Notes: generated from the sequence alone by a model not told the origin. A DNA stretch of 63,044 nucleotides, filler included, from Candidatus Fermentibacterota bacterium (GCA_016928395.1; 10 parts of 10 records of this genome joined end to end with filler, not necessarily neighbours in it), one strand, 5' to 3'; shown: positions 7,448 to 16,839, numbered from the whole stretch's first letter. Translations and numbers: made by a program.

Positions 7448-9418
7448 TCACTTCAGAAGAACCAACGGCAGAACCTCCTCAGCCCCACCCGAGAAAGCCC
7501 GCACGAAGTAGACGCCCGAGGGCGCCGGCGCGCCGAGGGCGCCCCGCCCATCCCACACGGCCTCATGGGCCCCGGGAAGCACTGGGCCGTGGATCAATCC
7601 GGCAACCCTTTCACCCGCCAGGTTGTACACCGCCATGTCTGCTGGTCCCGGGCCGACTGTGCGATAGGCGATAGACACCCGATTCGTGAAGGGGTTCGGG
7701 AAGGCCCTCTGTAGCATGAGAACCCCCACGAGGGGCGCAGGCTCGTTGACATCGATGCTCAGCGGTAGATCAAGTCGGCCCCAGCCATAGATATTATCCG
7801 GACCGGTCTGCCCCATGTCGATGGCATGCGCCTGCAGGCAGTCCCATACTTGAGCCAGGGTCCACTCCGGGAACGCCCCGATCACCAACGTTGCCGCCCC
7901 CGCGACATGGGGACTGGCAACCGAGGTCCCGGAGAAGCCAGGGCCTGACGAAAAGGTGGCAACCCTGTCTGGCCCGGCGATCTCCGGCTTGGTTCTTCCA
8001 TCGTAGGTCGGCCCCTGGGAGCTGGAGGCCTCCTGGGGGCCGGTGGTCCAGTTCTCCTTGGCGATAGCGCCGACGGCGAAGGCGCCGACCGCGTCGGCGG
8101 GTTGCAGAAGGCTGCCGGCGAAGGTTCGATACTGCAACGAGTGAAACGCACTCACGATGGTCAGCGTATTCGGCTGGGTCGTGTGATATTCCTTCACGGC
8201 TACCGCGTATTCGCCGCCGGAGGGGATTGCGAAGCCGACTTCCTCAGTCGGCGGTTGCGAGCCTGTCTGGCGGGTACAGGACGAGGCAACCATTTCCCAC
8301 ACGGCGTCGTTCTTGCGATAAAGGTTCAAATCGTAATCCTCAGCCGTGAGAGGCCAGGCGCTCCAACTCAGGTAGATCCACACGGTATGGCCAGCGCTCA
8401 AGGTTCCCAACGAGTTGAACCCAATGCTCGGGTTCGCCGCGAAGTCATGCAGGCTGTCCCCATCGGCGTCGACGAAGGAGCCCCGGTAGTGATTGTAGGC
8501 ATGGTTGCCGATGGCATTTGCCCAGAAGATGCCGTGGTCCGCCGCGTCATCGGCGATCTGGCACACGGTGCCGGTGCCGTCGTGCCCGCCGGTATTCGCA
8601 TAGCCGACGGAATGGTTGATGACCCGGATCCCATTGGCGATGCAGTAGTCCTTGGCATTGGCCAGATCAACCTCGCTGTAGGTGTTGATCAGGGTCAGGT
8701 CAGCATCAGGCGCCATGTCGTGGACAATCTCGGCGACTGCGGTCCCATGCCGGCTCAGAGACTCCATGCCGTAGCCGGTGAAATCCACGGTGGTTACATC
8801 TTCAGGAATCTCTCCGGCCGCAATAGCCTGGCTCAGGTTCTGGAAGCCGACATCGACAACGGCAACCTTAGCGCCGGCCCCTGTAAACCCATGGGCGTGC
8901 CACTGGTCCGCTCCAGTGAGCGCAACCCCTTCGCTAGTGACTAGCGGGATTGGACGCGCCGGCGCTCGCACGTATCGCACACCCCGAAGGTCGGCCACCG
9001 CACGTAACTGTGGAATGGTAACGGAGCACACATGCAGATTCCCATTCTGACCGAGGATTTGGGCGCCGCGGGATGCGAGGTGACCCTGGGGCAAAGGCTT
9101 GTAACCTTCAACAATGACCCGAACACGGTTCCCCTCGGCATCAATGCCCCATCCTTGTGCGGCCAAAAGCGCCGCCTGTTCACCATGAAGTTCGTACGAC
9201 ATTACGAGACGGGCCAGCACATCCTGCATGGCCCCGAATTCCACGCCGGCCGGCGCGGCGGCCTCCCCATCGGGGACGGTGCGCACGGTCAAGGCCATGG
9301 CCGTCGCAGCCGCCAGTGTCATGAAAGAGTACATGATTACAGCGGCAATCCGGTTGAATCGGAGTAATGGGCTCATAGGTATCATCTCCCTCCTAAAGGG
9401 AACGGTGGCGGCACTCAT
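7448..9418 (-). CDS. Secreted S8 (subtilisin-like) serine peptidase with C-terminal FlgD-Ig/secretion-tail domain
   Basis: Catalytic triad VAVVDVGF, HGTAVA, GTSVASPHVAG; signal peptide; tail FPNPF...VYNLAGE...WDGR...SGVYFVR. Start codon uncertain. Confidence 0.9.
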   Translation of the reverse strand: MSAATVPFRREMIPMSPLLRFNRIAAVIMYSFMTLAAATAMALTVRTVPDGEAAAPAGVEFGAMQDVLARLVMSYELHGEQAALLAAQGWGIDAEGNRVRVIVEGYKPLPQGHLASRGAQILGQNGNLHVCSVTIPQLRAVADLRGVRYVRAPARPIPLVTSEGVALTGADQWHAHGFTGAGAKVAVVDVGFQNLSQAIAAGEIPEDVTTVDFTGYGMESLSRHGTAVAEIVHDMAPDADLTLINTYSEVDLANAKDYCIANGIRVINHSVGYANTGGHDGTGTVCQIADDAADHGIFWANAIGNHAYNHYRGSFVDADGDSLHDFAANPSIGFNSLGTLSAGHTVWIYLSWSAWPLTAEDYDLNLYRKNDAVWEMVASSCTRQTGSQPPTEEVGFAIPSGGEYAVAVKEYHTTQPNTLTIVSAFHSLQYRTFAGSLLQPADAVGAFAVGAIAKENWTTGPQEASSSQGPTYDGRTKPEIAGPDRVATFSSGPGFSGTSVASPHVAGAATLVIGAFPEWTLAQVWDCLQAHAIDMGQTGPDNIYGWGRLDLPLSIDVNEPAPLVGVLMLQRAFPNPFTNRVSIAYRTVGPGPADMAVYNLAGERVAGLIHGPVLPGAHEAVWDGRGALGAPAPSGVYFVRAFSGGAEEVLPLVLLK

Positions 9419-9602
9419 TGCCTAGTCGGCACAGCCACCAAGGAACACCGCNNNNNNNNNNNNNNNNNNNNNNNNNNNNNNNNNNNNNNNNNNNNTTAAT
9501 TAATTAANNNNNNNNNNNNNNNNNNNNNNNNNNNNNNNNNNNNNNNNNNNNAATGCCGTTTGGGATGCGATCCGGCGCGGCCAAGCCATAAGGGAGACTG
9601 TG

Positions 9603-9632
9603 TGTTGGGTTACGCACGCTAACCCAACCTAC
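9603..9632 (-). repeat. GTAG-type REP element
   Basis: Reverse complement of the 6962/7103 family. Confidence 0.8.
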
Positions 9633-9710
9633 GGGGACCATATGCCACAAACAAGTGGGGGCCCCGGGCCCGCCCGGACGATACGTGGTGTAACGTCCAC
9701 CCCTCCCTCC

Positions 9711-9792
9711 GTCATTGTCCGACTCGTTCGGGCAATCCAGGCCCGAGCATCTGAACCTATGCCCGTATCACTCGGTCAAGCCGGGTGATGAC
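9711..9792. repeat. Palindromic intergenic repeat (GTCATTGTCCGACTCGTTCGGGCAATCC...CGGTCAAGCCGGGTGATGAC)
   Basis: GTCAT...ATGAC terminal inverted arms with internal hairpins. Confidence 0.5.
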
Positions 9793-10044
9793 ATTCGTGC
9801 TCTTCACCACACCCGCTCGTTCTGTGCCCTGGGTGGGAACGCCGCTCCACTCCTTGGCGGTGAGGCCGAACGCCGACTCCGTCCCCTGGCGCTGGATGCT
9901 GGTGCCGCGGCGGGAAGTTACAGCTTAGCTCGGGGTGGGCGCCAATGCGCTCGCGGATGGGGGAGCTTGTTGGGTTACGCTCGTGAACCCGATCGACGTG
10001 AACTCCAGTGGATGAAACAGGCGTCCAGCGGAGGCGGTACAGCC

Positions 10045-11022
10045 CTATGCCACGACAGAACGGATTTGGTCCCAGTGGATGCTGTGGGGCATGAATGTCA
10101 TTCGACGGAGCGGGACCCCATAGCAAAGATCAAGAAAGAGCCCAAATACGGCGGATTTGAGTGCTCTTGGAAGAAGCATCGTGGTGGAAGCATTGTCATG
10201 CCAAACAAGCTGAAGAACATCGGCCGGGCTTACTGGTGCGAGAGAAAACGAACTACCCTTCTCAAGAAGAAACATGGCACCAATTCTCCCGGCCATCGGA
10301 GACCGTACTCCAGCTCCCAAAGGCGTGGAATACGCAACGAAGCCGCGGTCCTCTCTCTTGACCAGTATGTGGTCGTCGTCAAGAACCGATAGACCGTCGG
10401 CAAGACGAGCGACAGTTGATTTGCCCCCGCCGTTTGGACCCAAAAACAATACGGAGACTTCACCCAGCAGGACGGCGCAGCTGTGAACAAAGAACGCTGA
10501 CCAAAGAGGCAGAAACAACGAGAAGATCTGCCGAAGGTTCGATGCCACGCGAGCGACGGAGGGAAGCCAGCCAGCAATGGGAGGATCTAAATCCGCATCA
10601 TCATAGATCGTGAGGTCGGCCACTCGCGTCTCATAATCCCACACCAACTTGATCCTGCATTCCGGCCAGGCAGCCTGATGCTCAAGTCGAGTCGGTCCGA
10701 GCAAAACGGGATGAAGACCTTCCGAATCCCTCGAGAGCGCTGGAGTGTGGCTCTCTATGCCAAGACCCCCGGGAGCAACACCGTGTACATCGTCCCAAAT
10801 GGAGCGATGAGGGCGGGCAGAAGTGGTTCTGACCCTCCTAATTCGATTCAGAACATCTGGGGGGCGGGGCTCGACCTCAAAGGGGGCGAACTTCGGGCCA
10901 TCTATGCGAGGCAGTGGGGTGTTAGCCTCGGTTCGAAATGCGATTCCGGCAATCCCATGATCAAAGGCCATGAAGCCAGCGCTGCTACGAAAATGCATCG
11001 CGGCGGATGGGCAGCGTTGCAT
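10045..11022 (-). CDS. ScmC/HprK-related P-loop protein of the radical SAM RiPP cassette
   Basis: FFVHSCAV...LFLGPNGGGKST...VLDDD...YSTP; lies directly downstream of the precursor gene. Start uncertain. Confidence 0.75.
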   Translation of the reverse strand: MQRCPSAAMHFRSSAGFMAFDHGIAGIAFRTEANTPLPRIDGPKFAPFEVEPRPPDVLNRIRRVRTTSARPHRSIWDDVHGVAPGGLGIESHTPALSRDSEGLHPVLLGPTRLEHQAAWPECRIKLVWDYETRVADLTIYDDADLDPPIAGWLPSVARVASNLRQIFSLFLPLWSAFFVHSCAVLLGEVSVLFLGPNGGGKSTVARLADGLSVLDDDHILVKREDRGFVAYSTPLGAGVRSPMAGRIGAMFLLEKGSSFSLAPVSPADVLQLVWHDNASTTMLLPRALKSAVFGLFLDLCYGVPLRRMTFMPHSIHWDQIRSVVA

Positions 11023-11038
11023 GTGTTTCGAAGACGAG

Positions 11039-11293
11039 CTAGCCGCCGGCTTGCGTTCCCACGGTGCAACCGATCAGAGCATCTGAGCCGGTCTGGCACT
11101 TCGGCATCTCGGGGGCAGTGCCAACGGGCGAGCAGCCTCTTCCGCCTTCTACCTGCAATCCTGTTTGGCATTCGGTCCACGGATATTCGCCATCTTGACA
11201 CCATCCAAGAGCCATTTGCCCCCTGACTCCCAGTCCACTCAAATCCCTCGCCGCCGGGGCTTCGTACTTTGGTCTATGGCGGCTTCGTGTCAT
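11039..11293 (-). CDS. Putative RiPP precursor with five Cys (CxxG repeats)
   Basis: GGAGG RBS; leader KYEAPAARDLSG; CQDG, CQTG, CSPVG, CQTG, CTVG; 22 nt downstream of the rSAM gene. Confidence 0.85.
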   Translation of the reverse strand: MTRSRHRPKYEAPAARDLSGLGVRGQMALGWCQDGEYPWTECQTGLQVEGGRGCSPVGTAPEMPKCQTGSDALIGCTVGTQAGG

Positions 11294-11315
11294 GACGTCC
11301 TCCCCTCAGGACGGC

Positions 11316-12455
11316 TCAGGCGGAACGGGTCCGCGAGGCCGGAAAAATGCCCGCTTTACTAGCGATATCACAGAAGAAGTAAGGCGCATTCAGGCGGCCC
11401 GCAACATGAAAGTTGTTGGCGACGCATTCGCCGCGGCACATATCGCGGTGCAAACAGTCGCCGCAGATGCCTTCCAGCTTGAGGGGAATCAAGTCCCGCA
11501 AGAGTTTCAGGCCGGGGCTGTCACACCAGACATCCCGGAGGTCGTCATAGGCGATGTGGCCGTAGACCAGCTCGGGAACCGTGACGCCGATGCCGCAGAG
11601 CGCCAGCTTGCCATCGGCCAACATGCCCAGAATGGTCAAGACGCCGCAGGTGCCGAGATTGCCTCTGGACAGCTCGCGAATCGTGCGGAACGCAAAGGGG
11701 ATGTCCAAGAAGATCGAGATCTTGGCCTTGGGACGGAGTTCGCGGTTCAGATGGCCATTGAGCTCGATGATATCGGAGATCTGAAGCCCGTGGTCTCTAT
11801 GAAACCCTTCGCCGCGGCCCACGAGCTGGACATGGTTAAACTTGACTGACCCGGCGCCGATGGACTCTGCGAAGGCGACCAGATCGTCGACCTGGCCGAT
11901 ATTGCCCTTGTGCAGGGTACAGATGACCTGAGGCCGGTAGCCGACCTCGACGAGGTTCTTGATGCCGTTGACCGCTCGATCAAAGCACCCTTCGACGCCG
12001 CGCATGTACTCGTGCATCTCTGCTGTTGCGCCATCGAGGCTGACCGAGATGAAGCGCATCTTCTCTTTGCTCTTGAGGAACTTCGCCATGTCTCCATCGA
12101 CGAAGGTGCCGTTGGTCTCGATGGTGATGGAGAGGCCGGCGTCGTTGATGATCTCGACCAGCTCCCGGAACTGGGGATGCAGCATGGGCTCGCCGCCCGT
12201 GAGTTTGAAGGCCGAAAGGCCAAGGGACCGGCCCTCATCGATGGCCTTGCGCACGTAGTCGAGCTTGATGTGATCGACATCGCGGCCTTCCGGATCGAAC
12301 GACGGCGTGATCCAGCAGTGGCGGCAGGCTAAGTTGCAGCCGCCCGAGGCATACAGGTATATCGAGCCAAGGGGTGGGACGCCCTCGGGGAGATCGATGG
12401 TGGCTTGAGTTGGGGCCTCAGCAACAGTTTGAGGCTTCTCGTCCAGACACGACAT
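11316..12455 (-). CDS. Radical SAM/SPASM maturase, SynChlorMet ScmF-like
   Basis: YLYASGGCNLACRHCWI (CxxxCxxC), TGGEP, ETNGT, SLDG; SPASM cysteines CGV...LCGIG...CGDCLHRDMCRGEC...C. Likely ATG at 12455. Confidence 0.88.
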   Translation of the reverse strand: MSCLDEKPQTVAEAPTQATIDLPEGVPPLGSIYLYASGGCNLACRHCWITPSFDPEGRDVDHIKLDYVRKAIDEGRSLGLSAFKLTGGEPMLHPQFRELVEIINDAGLSITIETNGTFVDGDMAKFLKSKEKMRFISVSLDGATAEMHEYMRGVEGCFDRAVNGIKNLVEVGYRPQVICTLHKGNIGQVDDLVAFAESIGAGSVKFNHVQLVGRGEGFHRDHGLQISDIIELNGHLNRELRPKAKISIFLDIPFAFRTIRELSRGNLGTCGVLTILGMLADGKLALCGIGVTVPELVYGHIAYDDLRDVWCDSPGLKLLRDLIPLKLEGICGDCLHRDMCRGECVANNFHVAGRLNAPYFFCDIASKAGIFPASRTRSA

Positions 12456-12787
12456 GGTAGCCTTCCGTTTCGGCAAGGAATCGCCGGTAGCAGTCTTCAG
12501 GGTTTGCTCTATTGAAATCACCGGTAAGCTGGTGGGCCATGCCTGGGCAGCTCCCGTTGCAGTATTCGTTCCACTCGCAGTCTTCGCAGCCGGGCACATC
12601 GCGCATCGGGATAGACCGGCGTTCGCGAAGCGCGATCAAAGTCGGATGGTTGTGCCAGATCTCCTCGACGGAATCCGTCAGGATGTTCCCGAGCACCAAA
12701 CCGGGGAGCATGTTGCAGGGCACGATGGTGCCGTCGTGGAGGATGTCGAGGCGGTTGAAGATGCACCCGCAGGCAGTCAAGTAGCCC
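12418..12787 (-). CDS. SPASM domain of a second radical SAM enzyme, ScmE-like (5' truncated)
   Basis: GYLTACGCIF...DGTIVPCNML...GNI...CEDCEWNEYCNGSCPG...DCYRRFL. Confidence 0.85.
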
Positions 12788-12887
12788 NNNNNNNNNNNNN
12801 NNNNNNNNNNNNNNNNNNNNNNNNNNNNNNNTTAATTAATTAANNNNNNNNNNNNNNNNNNNNNNNNNNNNNNNNNNNNNNNNNNNN

Positions 12888-12949
12888 CGGCGAGATCATT
12901 CAGGTCAGGGGCAGGAGTGTCTGCCCGGAGCGGGAAGAGGCTGCCACAC
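12888..12949. repeat. 62-bp terminal direct repeat of contig 12888-16552 (second copy 16491-16552)
   Basis: CGGCGAGATCATTCAGG...GAGGCTGCCACAC is identical at both contig ends. Confidence 0.95.
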
Positions 12950-12984
12950 AGACTGCAGAACAGCAGCAGGAGGGATAGCCTCAT
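12888..12984 (-). CDS. 5' part of an exported 172-aa protein that continues at 16490-16069 across the circular junction
   Basis: AGGAGG RBS and ATG at 12984; MRLSLLLLFCSLCGSLFPLRA-DTPAPDLNDLA joins in frame to AWAADRLDEGFSFEPETLWG. Confidence 0.8.
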
Positions 12985-13044
12985 TCATACCTCCTGGGTT
13001 TGAGGGAGGATCATGGTGGTGGCGCGGGGAGAGGGGGATGGGGC

Positions 13045-13110
13045 GTCGATATCGATATCGATATCGGAATCGAAGGGGAGAACCGATATCGAAACCGATA
13101 GCGATAGCGA
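13045..13110. repeat. Hexamer-period (ATCGAT/ATCGCT) hairpin repeat
   Basis: GTCGATATCGATATCGATATCGG...CCGATATCGAAACCGATAGCGATAGCGAT; related tracts at ~19321-19360 and ~43150-43190. Confidence 0.7.
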
Positions 13111-13216
13111 TTGTGCGCGAGGAGCATTCGGCACGGCGAGGCCCACACTCCGCTCGACATCGTGGGCAACGGCCGCGCGCACCGCCACCCCCTGAACCCT
13201 CGGCAAACCCGGCCGC

Positions 13217-13828
13217 CTAGCCCAACAACGTCACATACACAACCACCACCAGGTCTGTTCGCTTCGCGTAGTCGTCAATTGTCTCGGCCGTCCGAATAGA
13301 CGAAACCGAATCCCCTGCGCCAAACACCCACAGGGGAATCTCCGTGCCCGCGACAAGCCGTGCACTACCAGGGCAACCGCGCGTCCTTCCACGCCGTTCT
13401 CCCAGGGGGATTGGTCTGGCTCTTGCCGAACCGGACGATCCAGGCTCCCCAACTGCTTCCGCAGGGCCGCATCGGAAGGCCAGCTCAAGAGCGCTTCCGG
13501 ATTCCCTGGTGGCAACGGCTATGACTTGTGTGCCAGGGAGAAGTGGGCTTAGCTCCATCCGGGCAAGGGTCTCCCGAGTGCCTCCTTGCCAGACCTCCGC
13601 CCGTAGGCTGATCCCATGGGTGAATGGGACGGAGTACGTGTACTGGTCAACCTGAATCCCAAGGAGCTCCATGGCGGCACGGAACCCCGGCCCAGACATC
13701 CCCAAAGGTCCCGGCGCCACGACGACAGGGAACCGTTGGGGAGTTCCTGATGCGCCCGATGAGAGGCCGGCGAGAACGCCGAGCGTGCAAAGGCAGGTCG
13801 CCGAAAAGCGCAGATCGCTCATGAACAC
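13217..13828 (-). CDS. Hypothetical exported protein
   Basis: AGGAG RBS; N-terminal hydrophobic signal-like segment; 203 aa. Confidence 0.6.
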   Translation of the reverse strand: MFMSDLRFSATCLCTLGVLAGLSSGASGTPQRFPVVVAPGPLGMSGPGFRAAMELLGIQVDQYTYSVPFTHGISLRAEVWQGGTRETLARMELSPLLPGTQVIAVATRESGSALELAFRCGPAEAVGEPGSSGSARARPIPLGERRGRTRGCPGSARLVAGTEIPLWVFGAGDSVSSIRTAETIDDYAKRTDLVVVVYVTLLG

Positions 13829-14033
13829 TCCATCCCTTCTCCTCCTCGCTGGTTCCTAAGCCAAAACCAAAGCCAGGCATCAACGTCGTTCGCAGTCTGG
13901 ACAGGGCAGCCGTACACCTTCTCTCCTGAGCCCCGCAGAGGCACCTGGTTCGAAGACCAGGTGCCTCCAGTCAGCCCTGCTGGTCAGGGCAGGACCAGAC
14001 CCACCGGGTTCCTCGAACGCCCGTGATGTCCTG

Positions 14034-14345
14034 TCAGTTCTGCACCTGTTGGGTACAACGATCACCCTGTGACCAGTAGGTGAGGGGATCGATCTTGCAT
14101 TGGCAGAAGCAGTAGGCGCCGCCAGGAGGGAATGTGCAGTAGCAATTGCACGTGCCCGCAAGGCACCCGCCCGGCGTAGCGCAGGACGCGGAACATGGGA
14201 TGAATGCACTTGCACTGCAGCTACAGCCAGGAGGTGGGTTGGGAGGATCATTCATGTCTGCCTGCGCACCATCCATCAACCCGACGTTGACGAGGGTCAC
14301 CACTGCAAGTACAGCCATGAGTCTCACGAAGATGTGGGTTCGCAT
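14034..14345 (-). CDS. Secreted Cys-rich small protein (12 Cys in ~74-aa mature part)
   Basis: AAGGAG RBS; Sec signal ending AQA; CSC, CNCYC and CFCQC motifs. Confidence 0.8.
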   Translation of the reverse strand: MRTHIFVRLMAVLAVVTLVNVGLMDGAQADMNDPPNPPPGCSCSASAFIPCSASCATPGGCLAGTCNCYCTFPPGGAYCFCQCKIDPLTYWSQGDRCTQQVQN

Positions 14346-14414
14346 TGGCGTTCTCCTTGGGTAGTTACACGAGTTGAGAACTGGATCAGAGCCAGGCAGC
14401 TACGGCAGGGCGGG

Positions 14415-15518
14415 CTACCTCCTTTCCATCAGGGGTTCGCGCACTTGGGCTAGTAGAGGTTGGCCATCGTCGCGATAGAGCAGGAGATTCAGCCGGCCGG
14501 CCGAGTCGAACTCGGCGTCGCGCACGTCCTTGACTCGCACGAACTCGTGATTGTCAGATTCCTCCAATTCGAGAAAGACCGGCTGCGACAGCGACCGGCT
14601 TCGGGAATCGAATTGAACAAAGACGTCACCACACAGAAGGCCACAACCCGAACCTTGATCCGCGGCAAGGGGACCGAACGTGCGCAGAAAGGTCATATCG
14701 TTCCAGGGAGCCAACATCTTGCCCACATCCTGCCCGGCAAGCTGAAGGTCGTAATCCGCGACAAGCGCTCCGTTCGCATCGTATTCCTGGAGTGCTGCCC
14801 ACGGCTTCCTCTTGCTCAGGCAGGGGAGAAGGATGAAGAACCCTCCGTGCCTGCTCCGCACCATCGAGAACTCAAGGTCCTGGATGATGGGGGACGGAAC
14901 AAGACCCCTGGTATGAACCCTCAGCGCCGCTCCCTCGGAGCGGATTCCCCAGGCCCCACCTTGCTGTTCTGCCCGGTAGATGCGCGGCGAGTATCCCTCG
15001 AGCTCGGTTCCAACCCACACTCCGCCGGCGTGCCACACACCAATGTCACACATGGTCCCCATTGTGTTCATACCGTTGTACGCGGCACGAGGAACACCGC
15101 TGGGATCCAGGAACTGCAACTTCTGATCCTCAAGCGCCCATAGGCTGCCCCCATCCTCAACTGCGAGCCTTCGCAAATGCCTGAACTCCCCTGGACCCTC
15201 GCCAATGCGCCCAATGCCGCGTACCGGGGTGCCGTTCGGACTGTACACCACGATTCGACATGCACCGCGATCCGCAACGTAGATGCTGTCGCCTGGGCCC
15301 ACCGCAATGTCGATAGGCGCTATGAGCTGTGACAGAAATGTATCTTCCCCGGGAGCCGGGTCAGCGGCCTCTGATGTCACCCAGGCTGCCTGCACCGCGA
15401 CGGCACGCGATGGGTCAACAACCAGGACACCTCGTGATACGGCGGCGTGGGGCCCGCGGCACGTGAGCAGCAGGCCCGCCAATCCCGCTATGATCACCGA
15501 AGGTTGAGATCGAGTCAT
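14415..15518 (-). CDS. 6-bladed beta-propeller (NHL-like) exported protein
   Basis: PIDIAVGPGDSIYVADRG...IGRIGEGPGEF; GGAGG RBS; ATGA overlap with the upstream gene. Confidence 0.8.
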   Translation of the reverse strand: MTRSQPSVIIAGLAGLLLTCRGPHAAVSRGVLVVDPSRAVAVQAAWVTSEAADPAPGEDTFLSQLIAPIDIAVGPGDSIYVADRGACRIVVYSPNGTPVRGIGRIGEGPGEFRHLRRLAVEDGGSLWALEDQKLQFLDPSGVPRAAYNGMNTMGTMCDIGVWHAGGVWVGTELEGYSPRIYRAEQQGGAWGIRSEGAALRVHTRGLVPSPIIQDLEFSMVRSRHGGFFILLPCLSKRKPWAALQEYDANGALVADYDLQLAGQDVGKMLAPWNDMTFLRTFGPLAADQGSGCGLLCGDVFVQFDSRSRSLSQPVFLELEESDNHEFVRVKDVRDAEFDSAGRLNLLLYRDDGQPLLAQVREPLMERR

Positions 15519-16072
15519 ATGTTCCTCCAGCCACACCATTGGGCCAAGACCAGTTGCACCTCTCGCAGGGTAGTTCCACCGAGGTCAAGACGTGTCCTCC
15601 CATTGGGCTCGACGAGCCGCACTGCCCGGCCAGGTGAGAGGCTGTCCACGAAAGGAAGGAGATCTCGCGCCCGATTGCAGCCCGTGACCGGGAACGAGCT
15701 TCCCGCATACTGCGCGAACCTCCGTAGGGACGCTGTGTCCCCGCCAACGACCAGGAGTACAACGGAAACCCCAGATCCTGACTCTCCATCCCGGAGGACC
15801 CTCACCAGTTCCAACGCCTCCCGGCCCTTGTTGAGATCGACTTCCACGATCAGCACGTCAGCGGTGTCGCAGGGAATGGTCACAGGCCGACCGAGGATGT
15901 CATGCCCGCTCCAGGTGACACGATCTCCATACGATACCATCGGGGTGGTTTCCGCCTTCGCCGATACGGCGTGCCGTCTTGCGACGATCTGGCGGCCGAT
16001 GATCGCGCCGTTGACCATCAGGAAGGCTGCCGCCGTGATCCAGATGACCCGCGTACTGACCGTTCTGCTCAT
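15515..16072 (-). CDS. Membrane-anchored thioredoxin-like-fold protein lacking CxxC (tentative)
   Basis: N-terminal TM segment; GDRVTWSGHDILGRPVTI resembles a TlpA/AhpC N-terminus; ATGA overlaps on both sides. Confidence 0.5.
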   Translation of the reverse strand: MSRTVSTRVIWITAAAFLMVNGAIIGRQIVARRHAVSAKAETTPMVSYGDRVTWSGHDILGRPVTIPCDTADVLIVEVDLNKGREALELVRVLRDGESGSGVSVVLLVVGGDTASLRRFAQYAGSSFPVTGCNRARDLLPFVDSLSPGRAVRLVEPNGRTRLDLGGTTLREVQLVLAQWCGWRNI

Positions 16073-16552
16073 GGCTTTTCGTCGGCCCATTGGTCTTCCA
16101 TCTCCACCAGAAACCCCACATCCCGCAGTCTCTCTCCAAGGCCCGGCAGCCTGCGCTCAAGGGCGCGGAGGAGACTCGCGTCATCTCCGGCAAGTGTGCG
16201 GCGGAGCAGTCGCCCCTCCAACTCAATCACACGGTCCAGCGATTCGTGCCGCTTGGCGCCCTTGGACCCACCGGGGGAAGATCGCCGCGCCTCCAGGGCT
16301 GCGATGCTGTCGCCAAGGACAACAATCCGGAGATCCAGATGCGCACACGAGCCGCATCCGCTGCGGTCGAGGGATTCGTAGACCAGGCCGATGGTGACGG
16401 TGTCGCGCAGGACCTTTAGGAAGCTCAGGTCCCCCCACAGGGTCTCGGGCTCAAAGGAGAAGCCTTCGTCCAAACGATCGGCGGCCCAGGCGGCGAGATC
16501 ATTCAGGTCAGGGGCAGGAGTGTCTGCCCGGAGCGGGAAGAGGCTGCCACAC
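16069..16552 (-). CDS. 3' part of the exported hypothetical protein starting at 12984
   Basis: Open frame to the contig end; contains CGSC; its stop overlaps the next ATG. Confidence 0.75.
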
Positions 16553-16813
16553 NNNNNNNNNNNNNNNNNNNNNNNNNNNNNNNNNNNNNNNNNNNNTTAA
16601 TTAATTAANNNNNNNNNNNNNNNNNNNNNNNNNNNNNNNNNNNNNNNNNNNNCATTCTCACCCTTCGATTCCGGACAGTGCGTGACTCCCGAACCCGTAA
16701 CATGAGACGGCTCCTCAGTGAAGAAGGTTCCATGGCCCCAGCTCCGAGATGCATTCGGGGCGGGGTGACCTCTTGTAGATGCGTGAGCCATTGGGGCAGG
16801 GCTTGACATGGGA

Positions 16814-16839
16814 GGAGCTGCCTGGGGTCAGAGTACCAG
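16814..16839. repeat. 26-bp direct repeat GGAGCTGCCTGGGGTCAGAGTACCAG (second copy 18551-18576)
   Basis: Exact match between the two copies. Confidence 0.85.

Noticed and set aside
7448-9418. S8 protease as the leader peptidase for the neighbouring CxxG peptide
   Set aside because: It is convergent, separated by repeats, and carries a generic secretion tail. The role is possible but unsupported.
11039-11293. Lasso peptide call based on the YxxP leader
   Set aside because: No lasso cyclase or B2 peptidase is seen. The core is long and Cys-patterned, and the neighbours are rSAM/SPASM enzymes.
12985-13216. Integron attC site explaining the circular contig
   Set aside because: No RYYYAAC...GTTRRRY core with L boxes could be identified; only a hexamer-period hairpin is present.
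6711-16552. One continuous RiPP super-cluster (precursor, S8 protease, rSAMs, Cys-rich peptide, propeller)
   Set aside because: It spans three contigs separated by linkers. Only sequence similarity between the two CxxG peptides links the first two contigs, and nothing links the third.
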